64,000 nucleotides of DNA from Diadema antillarum (GCF_040938485.1 NW_027271225.1:124001-188000); one strand, 5' to 3'. Counted from the first letter of the stretch, positions 42,581-54,774 are shown. The notes: generated by a model from the letters alone, not told the origin. A program made the numbers and translations.

Positions 42581-45500
42581 TATGCCGTTGAAGGAAGCAT
42601 GCTGCATAGAGTGCCATGAGGCAAGGCCATGGTGTATATCATTGCTGGAAAGCATCGCCTGGCTCCAATTAGGGAAGCCCACTTGTATGACCAGCTGTCA
42701 GCCTTCACAGCAGTCATCTTCCACTGAAGCTTTCCAGATGAAATTCCTTCTTCAGAACTTTACATAAATTATCCCAGTCTTCCATTCACTTATGTGGGGT
42801 GTGTGCGCTTTGTGAGCGCCCCACTCCCTCCCCTCTCTCTCCTTCTCTCCCTTGCAAGGGCCATTCACACTTTAGTGAAATACCATCAAGGTACTTTGTA
42901 ATGTGAATGCAAATACCTCACGAAACACCTCCCAAAAAAAGGAATAAAAGAATTGGTATTTAAGGTGGTAATTCAATGTATAAAAAATTGCACAAGATAA
43001 GTTGATCGGCATCACACTCCAATTCACAAGAAATCTTGTGATTATTTTGGAATTATCACAAAAATGTAATAGCATTACGATAATTTGCACCATAGCACGG
43101 TGTGCCAAATGGTATCTAGAGAGTAACTGATCTACACTCAGTATTTTCCATCCAATCATTCAAAACACACACAGATACACACACAAACACAAGGGCAAGG
43201 GTCATAATTTCACACGCATGCCAAGTTGGTTGACAATATATCCCAATCTGCAATTAGTGAGGTATTTCTTGTTTGAACGGCTGCAAAAAGCTCTTGGTAT
43301 TTGGATCATGATCAAAATCTTTAGCTATTTTGTCTGTGTGCACCTGTCTATTCTTCAGCAGGGAGGTGAGTCACCTCCCTGTCTTCAGTCATGTTTTTGG
43401 TGTTGTTTTTTGTTGCTAAAATACCTCTAGGCTATTCCTTTCCTATTTCATCTCCTCTTTTGTTAACATGTTTTTTTCTCAAAGCTCAATGAACAATCAA
43501 ATCAAGCTTTGTTCTTATTTGCCCATGTACTATATAGGCCTACACATTCAACTAGCAAAAACAAATAACATAAAAACCACCTAGAAGTCTATTTTTTTGT
43601 CATTCTCGTTTCCTCTTTCATAGACATTCTTTCAGTCCAGCTTACTTTGATTTCTAGCCATTATGTACTCTATCTAATTCATCTTTTGCTCCTCCTTACA
43701 TCTGCCTGTTTTTCTCTTATACTTGTACTACCAACCACAAAAGACAAACCATATTTCACTGATTGATTATGCTGGGATAAGATAAATGGTCAGACACAGG
43801 GGCTGGGGGATGCTAGATTTATGTCTCTCCGTACCCCTTATTTACACCAAGCTTTACGCTATTAAACTCACTGCCAGCTGCAAGCATTCCTAGAGTTTCT
43901 TGTATCGTATAGAAGAAGCATAAATACAAAATATGAATAAAATACAGCTTCTTAGCACTTCCTACATTGATCGCCCCAAACTTTCTGTGCCTTACTTCTC
44001 ATGAGACAGTCCCAGTCATTTCTTTTTGTGTTAGTGCTTTGCATCTTGCCATCTTGTCAGGGATGGCAATTTTGCAGTCTCATCTTTTTCCCCTTGCTAA
44101 TTTGTGTCATTGTGAAAATCTGTTAAATTCTACAAATTGATATTTCTGTGTACAGCATAAAAATCTGAACTATGATGTACAAGTACAACAACAAGATTTA
44201 AAAAGAGAGTCTTTACTTTGAAAGAAATAGTATAAAACCTGGAAATTTTAGAGCACCATTAACGTAATGACAACAAACAATATTCAGTTTAGGTAAATGC
44301 AGACACTTTGACAAGTGTGACAAAAACACTGTCAGAGAATTTTGTTTCATCAGTTATACTTTTAGATCACTATCTATTTATTCACCTGCATCAGATTCAT
44401 CATCCTTTTGTTTTTATCTTATATTGTTTTTATCAGCAATGATGAACAGAGGCAAAACTGTAGATAGACAGAACTTTACAAGATTTAAAAACTTCACCCC
44501 ACTAAATGCTCGGATATTTTTTATCTGACTTCAAGAAAAAATGCAGTGAGTACTTTCTGGAAAGGAGGCAATCAGTTGACCCAAATTTGTCATCATAAAA
44601 TGTACAAATAATGCCAGTCCAAGGTCAATTTTTCACTGTAGAGCCACATTTTGGTGTAAACAGGATCTTAGTTTTTGTTCAAGCTGTACAGATATTTCTC
44701 TGGGTATTTACTTGTTGATTTTGATTTTTTTTTTACGGGACAATACGGTATGTGCTATCATTCAAATTGAATACTGTTTCCCTTATTTACCACTTTTATT
44801 CCCTACAATGAGAAAGAGGACAGGAATTTACCTTTTCTGAACTGATTAGGTTAAAAGTATATTGTACACTTGATTTTCAGATCAAATTTTGGAGACAAAT
44901 ATATTGAACTTGTGCTTTGTCTGGTAACCTTTATCACATGAGAAATGTGGGCATTTGAAGATCAAATATGCCACCCAGCATTTAAAGAAAATGACATCAT
45001 ATAATTATATCTACATGTGGATTTTTTTTATATATATATCATGTCTCACTGGAAAGATATGACATAAAGATGAGATTAAGGAATACAAGGATAAAGTTGG
45101 TTAGGAAGCTGGGAAAAAAAATAAAACCAGCCAAGTAAATGAGTATAGTTACCAAACAGTTGAAATGACAATAAAGTTAGATTTTTATCCTTGTTGTAGG
45201 TCTATTACTCAAAAGTAGAAGAGATTTCTTATCAACATTACATGGTATCGCTTTCATGGAACAATTTGAAATACTACAGTATGCAGTATGAAAACAACAC
45301 AAAGCTTCTCTTTCAACGCCACAACTTGTATTGCTACAAAGTAATGTATTATCAACTTTAGGATAACTAATATTTCCTACATACTATCACTACTATCTTT
45401 ATCATACCAGTCACAGAAATTATTAGCCATAGAGACTGTTTATTTGGATCCTAATATCATGCCACATCCCTTAGCCATATCTACAGCAATCGAAATGCGC

Positions 45501-47267
45501 ATCCACAGACAGCATAAAAATTTCCTTATGCAAGTTAATTAACAAAAGTCTGGAGTATGAAGACTACGTGGGGAGTATATTTAGGGGCTCCTCTTGACCC
45601 TCATAAGAATAGCTCTTGGTGCTGGAATATTAAACGATCTATATTACATCCCTTTCACAGGGCTGCTAACAATATTCATCGCATCAGCAGCTGGGAGATT
45701 CCAGCATTTACTATAACACATCATGTACATGCTTGTGCATTATGCACATCAAATTGGCCATATATGAATCTTTTTTTTTTAAAATAACAGATATCAAATG
45801 AAGTTTTCATGAAGCTTCTAGCAGAGTCTGGTATACTTGGCAGCTCTGCATTTATACTTGTATCTTCTTTTTGGACAATACACAGAATTAGTACTGTATG
45901 TCTGTATACTGCTCTGTGACACAAACACATGTATACACACTAAAATACACAGTGCTTTGCTTTCATTTTCATTCATTTCACTGCAGAAAAATGTCATTTC
46001 ATTCAAACAAAAAAAAAGAATGTTACATTATTCATGGATTCAGTGTTTGTCATCTTGAACAACATTTACTTCTCTTCCTATATGAAGCCCAGAAAATGCT
46101 TTGAAATGAAGAAACTTAGTTTTCACAGTGCATTATCTGAAATCTATAATGTTTTATATTAACCTATCACAATCATGCTGTATGCCCTGTGTACTCCCTT
46201 GCATCTGACAAAAAAAAAAAACTCGAACAGTACAAATATCATCTCCAGCCTTCTGGCTACTGCTGTTCGACTGAATATTTTTCAAAATCTAATCGATTCA
46301 TATCACCTGAGGGAATATACGAGCGTATAATACATATACATTTATATAATTATATACACATAATATACAAAATATCATAAAAAGTGAGTATAAAATAATA
46401 TTAACTGTGGAGAATTGTCAAAAATTTTAAGGAAAATGATAATGGGAAAAAATGGCAGTTCTCTAAAGGCTTCATATCATCCCACCATATGATTTGTATG
46501 AGCTAAGTACAACTGATGTAGTGCACTTCTAATTCTTGAGATAGTACACACACAATGTACACCAGCATATTATTATCCTGCTTTTTCATACGAGTATGAA
46601 GAGATTAGAATGAATATTGACAGTGACATAAATTTTGTCAATGTTTTCACAAGCACCAATAGGGGCTATAAATATTCGATACGTTCCTATCTCTCACAAG
46701 GTAATCATTTGAACCTATTCTCTCATAATAATCATATTATATTCATAATATATTTCTTCCCAATAAGGTGCATATATGAGCATATGCCATATATGCACAA
46801 CACTATCGAATCACTGTGTCTGGTGCATGGCCATGGTGGTGAATAGTTAATAACAGTATCAAAGGTGTGGAGTGGTAGCATATTGATAAATGATATATCT
46901 ATTATTCCAGGAGCCCTTTAACCTAGAGATGCCATCTCGTCCACAGACAGTATAATAGCATGTACCATGGCTTGGTAGCATCGTATGTAAATTCACTCAT
47001 TTAAATGAAAGATTCCATTACGACGCTGATAGTGGGCGCGGTACGATGCGATGCGATGGGATGCGACTCCGTAGTCTAAAGTCCCTGTCTGCTCTGCTTC
47101 AATACTACGTGCATACACAGCGCTTCGACGGTTTACACACGACAACTCGGCGGGACTACGCCCGTCCCTTATCACTGGCAGAGACGGCAAGAACGTATGA
47201 GTGAACAGCGATGGGGAGGTAGAAATATATATATGTTTTCCATATTTCGAATTCAGGTCTCACTTAC

Positions 47268-47410
47268 CGATTGGTATGAAAGTGATGATGAAGTATAGTC
47301 CTTTTCACTTGCAATCTTCTCTGGGAAAGGGATGGAATTATCATCCAACTTGCCCGTGGCTTGAAGGATTCTTCGCGCCGGGTTTTCAAGATGGACATGG
47401 AAAGATCCCT
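47268..47410 (-). other. Candidate first exon of an unidentified leftward transcript
   Basis: Ends in a strong donor CG|GTAAGTG. Two frames are open (one begins MSILKTRREESF...) but no family is recognised. The upstream acceptor is weak, so the left boundary on the transcript is uncertain. Confidence 0.35.
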
Positions 47411-48311
47411 CTGTATATTTTTCGTGTAAAAGACTATACTGTTACTTACATGTGATGGCGCTATACATATTTACACGAAAGGGTGTTGTAAACCTGTCCA
47501 GCTGCTGACTATAACTGCAGCATCTGCGTTAAAACGTTGCAAATATTTGTGAGAGGTTTTGTCCAAAGATTTTACCTCATCAAAGAAAAACAAAAGTATT
47601 GACAAAAGTCCGAGTTTTGTTTGTATTGCTTTTGCCGAGATTAAAACTAAAGATTTCCTCTTCTAAAGAGCATGTAATCGAGATAGCTGAAATATTATCA
47701 TTACTTGTCCTCGTGTTTACTGACTTTCACACATTATTTTTCTCAACTCGGTCCACGTGTAGTAGAAATGTTTTAGTGAAATCATCTGTTACCCAAGGAG
47801 GTTATTAGCATTAAAAAAATTGTAATAATTATGTTTTCATTGTACAGTGATACCCGGCACAGTTATATAAAACAAAATAGATTAGTGAGGTAGTGCAATT
47901 TTTGTGCAAGTCAGCCACACCAACCGTTAGTTTTATCTCATGAATTTATTTGTTTGTAGACTCTTGTGTGTGGAGACTTGTAAAGAAGCTTAAGATGATT
48001 TTTTTTTCTCAATTTTTGTTTATGGAATACAAACACTTAAGAATAGGGCCTACAGGTAAGGAAACACACGTATAAACTGAAATATGATTGATCAAATCCT
48101 CACTGGACTGAAGAAGGAAAGGTTCTCTTTGAAAGTAAGTATGTATAAGTAAACAGAATAAACAAGGCATACATTTTTTTTAAGTAAGTTATTGCATCTT
48201 TGCACGAAACGGGTAATCAGTCTCAGCAAAAACTGAGATGCAGATATTAAAGAAATACATGTATATTATCGCCATGTATAACTATACACTCTTTCGGTTC
48301 TGGAAAAAATA

Positions 48312-48313
<2 letters not shown>

Positions 48314-48376
<63 letters not shown>
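48314..48376. repeat. (AAC)n microsatellite
   Basis: Direct reading. Confidence 0.95.
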
Positions 48377-48377
<1 letters not shown>

Positions 48378-48691
48378 AAACACATGACTTTCCGGAGATC
48401 CCCGACCCCCGATTCTTTCGGTCGAAGTTGGGATGGGATCGGGCTGGGGTGGAGGACCCTTGGACCAGGTCTCAGCCACCATGCCCCCCCCCCCCCCCCA
48501 CACACACACACTAGACACACATACTCGCACACCAAAAAGCCTTCCGCGGCCCCTGAAGATCACACCAAGTTAATTAAAGGGAATGATGAAGATTAAATTG
48601 ATACGCCGTTCACATATCAAGTAAGTTATTGATCAGGTTAACGGGTGATGAAAGATGACTACAAGGTTGTATTACCCCGACATACCCGTGG

Positions 48692-48855
48692 NNNNNNNNN
48701 NNNNNNNNNNNNNNNNNNNNNNNNNNNNNNNNNNNNNNNNNNNNNNNNNNNNNNNNNNNNNNNNNNNNNNNNNNNNNNNNNNNNNNNNNNNNNNNNNNNN
48801 NNNNNNNNNNNNNNNNNNNNNNNNNNNNNNNNNNNNNNNNNNNNNNNNNNNNNNN
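48692..48855. other. Assembly gap (N run)
   Basis: Ns in sequence. Confidence 1.
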
Positions 48856-48986
48856 TACAGATGTGTTGTGTAATTTATGAAAATGATGAAAATTTTTGAA
48901 AGTATACTACCGGTATTTTGCACTTTGTTAATGAAATTGCAGAAAGTTGATGTATTCAAAAAAAAAAATGGCATACAGAGAATAAA

Positions 48987-49042
48987 TAAATCAAATCAAA
49001 TCAAATCAAATCAAATCAAATCAAACAACAACAACAACAACA
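48987..49042. repeat. (AAATC)n followed by (AAC)n
   Basis: Direct reading. Confidence 0.9.
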
Positions 49043-49542
49043 AATACTGAAGATGATTATGAAATGGAAGTCAGGAAACAGCGTTATCAGTCGCAATGAC
49101 GCTACTATCCACAGTTATGTATAGCTTTACATGATTTTTGTATCCATTTGGTTTGGTCATGAAAAAGATATTTTTTTGTTTTATTTAAAACAACTCCTCC
49201 TTTTAAGTCCTTAATTACAACTCAGACATTATTTCATGTCAATCATTCAATAAGATTTTGTTCTTTGTGATTTCAACTCAAAAGGTACATACATTTAAGA
49301 TATTATGTGAAAATAAGTGGAAGATGTGCGATGCAATTTCGATAAAACCATTTTAGCATGTTTGCTTCCTATAATCTTACGAAGTCAACTATGACCGCAT
49401 TATAATATTAAATCTTTGAGATGCAGTAGAAACTGTGAAAGAGTAGAGATATACTGTATAAAGGCAAATAACAAGGCCACGAAGGGAGAAGGAAAATGAA
49501 ATCAACAAGATGAAAGGCAGAAGTAAGAAAAAAAAAACACAC

Positions 49543-49554
49543 AAAAAAACAAAA
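49543..49554 (-). terminator. Pol III oligo-T terminator of the tRNA-Phe gene
   Basis: Minus strand reads TTTTGTTTTTTT starting 9 nt after the discriminator base. Confidence 0.65.
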
Positions 49555-49562
49555 GAATCGCA

Positions 49563-49669
49563 TGCCGAAACCCGGGACAGTTCAGAACTCATGCGAGTTC
49601 TCCGGTTGACTTCGAACCAGGGACCTTTAGATCTTCAGTCTAACGCTCTCCCAACTGAGCTATTTCGGC
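49563..49669 (-). tRNA. trnF-GAA: tRNA-Phe(GAA) gene with a 34-nt insertion (49578-49611) in the T-loop between positions 58 and 59
   Basis: Minus strand reads GCCGAAATAGCTCAGTTGGGAGAGCGTTAGACTGAAGATCTAAAGGTCCCTGGTTCGA-[AGTCAACCGGAGAACTCGCATGAGTTCTGAACTG]-TCCCGGGTTTCGGCA. Removing the bracket gives the 73-nt metazoan tRNA-Phe sequence as I recall it. Functional status is uncertain (intron-containing gene or pseudogene). Confidence 0.9.
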
Positions 49670-49688
49670 AGCTGCGCAATGTGGTGTC

Positions 49689-49701
49689 TTTATATTATAT
49701 A
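49689..49701 (-). promoter_or_regulatory. TATA-like element upstream of the tRNA-Phe gene
   Basis: TATATAATATAAA lies about 20-32 nt upstream of the tRNA 5' end, the usual TFIIIB-binding zone. Confidence 0.5.
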
Positions 49702-50728
49702 AACCTTAGAGCGTATTCCAATGCTTGTGCCAGTGCGTGCACGCGGTTGATTGTATGGTGGGTTGTATGCGTGGTGTGTGTGCGCATGTCCACACGCATA
49801 CTGCCCGTTGACTATGACATGCATAACACACACGTACAGTTACGCAATAAATGAATGCACGTGTGTATCTTATACCATGGACCTACGTACGTAGGTCCAT
49901 GCTTATAGACACACAGTTTACATAATTCACATCAGCTAGATATGGCTAGCAGGTTGTGGACCAATGACAGGGAGGAACAATAGAAGACCTGTCTTCAAGA
50001 ACTCTTAAATGATCAGTAAACCCGGTTACGTGAGCTTTCACCTGTATGTACTTTCGAATGCTGATCTACCCAAAATGTCGGTCAAGTTTGGTCAAGGGCA
50101 TTATGTGCGATTTTGTTTTAACCAGCGGACATGCGCTTCTAGCTTATGTTCTAACGCTAGAAATAATGCAGTCGCTGGCTGTACAGTCCCACATATTGTT
50201 GTGTGTGTTTGTGTGTGGGTATGTGGTGTGTGCGTTGTTTTGTTTTGCTTGTTTTTTGTAGTACAATGTAGCTAGTGGTGTCTTGTTGAATGTTCTGTAT
50301 GTTACACTCACACTGTCCGTGTATTTGCCTATCCAGGGAGGTGGGAAGCCACCTCCCTGGTGTAACTGCTTCGTGCTGTCTCAAGTGTTCATCTGAATCC
50401 GTGAATGCATGGTCACGGACCATGGCATGCATGCATCCTGCATTGTCAAAATTAAAAAGATAATAATAATAACTTGCAACCTAGATAGCAAGAGCAACAA
50501 ATCTATCTAAAGAAAAAATAAAAAATAAAATGAAATAAACCTAGATCTACATGTATTAGCCTAGTCTCGTCGGGTTCTAGGTCTACCACTAGAGTCTAGA
50601 GTAATCTCAAACTAAAAGGCAATCTCAAAATGAGGGCATCCTTCAAACGTTAAATTGATAAGAATTATGTAGAAGAAGAATACAACATTTAAAAACTGGA
50701 AACAAAGTACATGTATGTAGAAGTCTAT

Positions 50729-51139
50729 GGGTGCGTTTGAGCGCTCTCCTAAAGCGAACTGTACCGTACCGTACCCGCGCCAGAGGAGAGCTCGAACGCT
50801 CCTAAAGTGTACCGTACCGTACTGTACCGAGCCAAAAGTGGACCACTTCCCGATGTGCTCCAAAAGCGTACCAAAAGTTCGCTGTAAAGCATGCGCGTAT
50901 CATGTGCATACGTCACAATGCAAAGACATCATTCTCTTTGTTCGGAACAGGCACGTTCAAGTAGTTCAAGCGCCAGGTGGATTATATTCTTGCTACAAAA
51001 TGCGTGACCTTTTCTAAAAATAGCTCGTGAGGTACGCTTTCTCAACAGAGCGCTTGAACGCTTCAAATCTGGCACAGTTCGGTATGATACGCTTTGGTCC
51101 AGTTCGCTTTGGTTCGCTTTCGAGCGCTCGAACGCATCC
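50729..51139. mobile_element. PIF/Harbinger-like MITE (TSD TAT)
   Basis: tat|GGGTGCGTTTGAGCGCTC...GAGCGCTCGAACGCATCC|tat; internal GTACC repeats. Confidence 0.75.
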
Positions 51140-51751
51140 TATGACTCATAGTATGAGCTTTTTTTTGGTAATTTATTTATGCTTCTCTAGAGTCTAAATC
51201 CTGATCCTGAATATCCAGATTCATCTAGAACACTAGATTTAGTTCACACCATAATACATTTGTCATTCATGGTTTGTGCCATAACCGTAAATGGAGTGAA
51301 CTAAATCTACAATCTATCTGGGTATTTTGCAGTAACCCCGTTGCGGGGCGCTATGTACGTGTTGGGGTCGCTGTTGCAGTTTAAATAGGTATTCAGGATC
51401 TTTCCTGTCTTGAAATATATTGTTCTACATATTTTTTTTTCTTTTTTTTTACAATGTGATATGGTCAGTGCAGTGTGTGGTAGTAGGCCTACTCATTATA
51501 TGTCTTTGTCATAAAAACGAACATACTACATGTACATATCTGATGCTTTTGCCAGGTAGGATGCATCGATCAGCACTAACGAGTGTGAAGATTGGTTTGG
51601 TTTCTCAATGGAAAATGTGTCGTCTGTTTGGTCTTTGGATTGCTCCCTATTTTGGAGGTCCCTGCCTCTTTGTTTATCTCTAACCCCACCCCCCCCCCCT
51701 TTCTCTTTCATCTTCTCCGCTAGTTGTGTCCCGAGTAACGCATTAGCAACT

Positions 51752-51998
51752 GAAGAGTTTGTTTGCAAAAACCGATAAATCCATATTTGTCAAATGGAGA
51801 TATTTGCGATTAAAGGTCAAGAAAAATAAAGAGAATAATAAGAAAATTTTTGCTTCTTTTGACCATAACTTCAAAAATGTACCTTTATATGAAGTGACCA
51901 ATATATCATTTAAAAGGTATTATTGTGTACTGTATGACAGAGACCGCACTTCAAAATCTTCAGAAGTGGACTTATCGGTTTTTGCAAACAAACTCTTC
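51752..51998. mobile_element. Sola-like MITE, copy 3 (TSD AACT)
   Basis: aact|GAAGAGTTTGTTTGCAAA...TTTGCAAACAAACTCTTC|aact; highly similar to 2583-2829. Confidence 0.75.
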
Positions 51999-54636
51999 AA
52001 CTCTTTATTATGTCACAAAAAGCTTTTACCTGGACTCAAATGACATACAACAGAATACATGCAGTAGGCCCAAGTAGAAGGTAACTATGATGTGTACAGT
52101 TCATCCCATGCAGAAACCCATAAGGCTTTATTTTTTGAAAGTGCTACATAAAGAAGAGTATGAAGTTGCATATAAAATCTAGCATGCAGCTGACACAAAT
52201 AAGACTCATACAACTGTATATGGCCATATCAAGAAAACAAAGTCTTCAAACTGCCCATTTATCTGAATTTGTTCGAAGGCTCTACACTCTTACGTACATC
52301 ACATTTATTTACATGTCAATAAAATCAGATATGATCCAATGAACTACATGTACATTGTAATTCAAATCTTCAGCTAAATCAAATGCCATTACCAATAAAC
52401 AAAGACATAATTTTATGCTGTATAAAACTTGGCACAATGAGAGTGCAAGGCAGCCTTACTGTTCCTATGAAACAGCATGACTTTCATAGACTGAAAGACT
52501 TTGGCATCCATGTTTGGAGTAACTCCATCAGCAATTTCATATTTTTAATTAGTGAGAAAGCGAATTCTACAATTAAAAAAATATATGTATACATGTAATA
52601 ACCTGGTATACATGAAAGTGTTTCAGTGGTGGTCATCTCTTATAGCGAGCCCATTCGCAGATTTTTGTATGTCTCTGACACTGATATATGAGTAACATTT
52701 AATCTACCGAGTACAGGCAGAGTTTGCAGGTAGGCCTTACTGAGGACTTCAACACACATTGTTTGTCCCATTGCGAGCACAGCTACCGTAACCACAGCTA
52801 CACATTAACACAAATTTTGTCATCTCCTAAGAGCATACACACGGACCCACACTGCAACGGCGAATGTTTTGGCAAAAATTGAAAGTGACCATTTCAACTA
52901 TTAAATCTACAAAGCATATATGTAGATTTTGAGTCAAACTGCATTTAAATGTACCATGCTGAGTACTGGGTTATCCATACTGGGTTATGTATGTCCCTCT
53001 TTCTAATCCTGTTTCTAATACAATCACATGATTAAAATTCTTTCCTTCCAACACCTTGCTATAAAATGGAATGACATGAAAACGCTCAAGGCACGTTTTT
53101 TTTTTTTTAAGAAACGTTCATTAACCTCATACCAAAGCACCTTCCATTGCTCTTAATCTATTTTCTGTACATCAACACCCTTTAAACAATTTGATCTTTT
53201 AAAGTACATTGTAATAGCCACGGATGGCACACGGAGCAGCATTCATCCTTTTTTTATTACAATATAAAACCAGGTACTTGAACAATGTTATTAAAGCTTT
53301 TTTTTTTTTACAATTGTAATACAATTGTAAACTGTGGATAATGTCAGTGCAGCACCCATACTTAGTTAGAATCGCATTGACCTTTACATCAGTAGCCTCG
53401 CCATTTTTTCTTTTCTAATCCAGCCACAAAAAAACAAAAAAAAACAACAAAAATACATTAAAAATGTTTCCGTCGAAATAGTTTAAAACTTCTCTTTTTA
53501 TGAATACTGTTCTTTCACCCTATAAATTCAATGTGTTCAAAAACAGTCATACAGTAAGGAATAGGTACAATACTGAGTAGGCCTACTAAGTAACCTGTGG
53601 GTAGTTTATTCAAGATTATAGCATTAGCTGCCATATCAAGTGCTGGATTCTATGATATCTGATATCAGTCCACATAATGACATTTGAGGGATAGTTTCAT
53701 TAACAAAATCACAACAATGCTTGACAGCATCCATACATTCTATACCATCCAGCTATTCCTATAATACACAAATTCAGATTTATAAACAACAAAACCAGTT
53801 AATATTACTGTAATGTGCGAACATGGCTAAAGGACATGTTGGGTTTTCTATCACATGTACGTTTCTGGAGATCATTCCGGTCTAATATTTTACTACTATG
53901 AATAAATTTGTGATGGGGAATAATATTATCGAGGGAAGTGTGATTACAAGCCTTGCTATTACATTGTACATACTATTTCTTACGGAAGTAAAAGGTGAAC
54001 AGAACGTTTGCAAACAGAGCATCCTGTCGCACCATCCTGAGTATTTTGTTGTGATACACGAAATTTTCAAGTTTTCGGTTTTCTAAAGTAAGCAGCTCAT
54101 AAAAGCTGGGATATTTTCTTTCGACGCCCATGACGACAACGGACCAATAAAGACTATTATGTAGGTAGATGAGACATCACTGACCAATTTCGAAAATATT
54201 TGGCAAGAGTCGAGTTGTGTTTGATAAATGCAATTACATGTATCATGCCAATGAAAACCCTTTAATGGAAGATGAGGTATAGACCGTGAATGTTGAAATG
54301 TACGATACAATTACAAACCAGCCTTAGGATGTACTGCAAAAATCACCCGTGTTAATTGTACGTTGTAGTTGGAAGCGGATGCTTTGCTATGACTTTTAAT
54401 ACTTGGGTTATTCACCTCTTTATTTGGAATATTCAATCTCTCAGTTGTGAGAATGTCAGTGGGATTTGGTACATTTGTGAAATTTGGCAATGTGGTCAGA
54501 GTTCAAAGTTACGACAATAATTGTTAGTCAAAATATTTTCCGTACCATGGCTTCTTGACCCGCTGTATTTCGACATCGAAGTTACAAAATACAAATTGTA
54601 TCTCTAAATTACACAGATCAAACCCATTATACTCCA

Positions 54637-54774
54637 CAGGGGCGGATCCAGGGAGGACCGCAACCAGCGCACGCCCCCCCCCCTTATTTTTTGTTGAAAC
54701 AAAAGAAATAAAAAGAAAAAATGGGGGAGGGGTGCGTGCGCCCCCTCTATACGGAACTCCTGGATCCACCCCTG
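54637..54774. mobile_element. GCGGATCC short MITE (perfect 5-bp TSD CTCCA)
   Basis: ctcca|CAGGGGCGGATCC...GGATCCACCCCTG|ctcca. Confidence 0.75.

Larger units (their letters stand above)
46990..48690. promoter_or_regulatory. CpG-enriched, promoter-like region
   Basis: Visible rise in CG dinucleotides (e.g. 47020-47200, 48380-48560) relative to the CpG-poor sequence on the left; contains a strong minus-strand donor at 47267. Not quantified. Confidence 0.4.

Noticed and set aside
48266-48596. Poly-Cys and poly-Leu ORFs; GCCACCATG Kozak-like site at ~48476
   Set aside because: Arise from the (AAC)n microsatellite and a C-run; not credible proteins.
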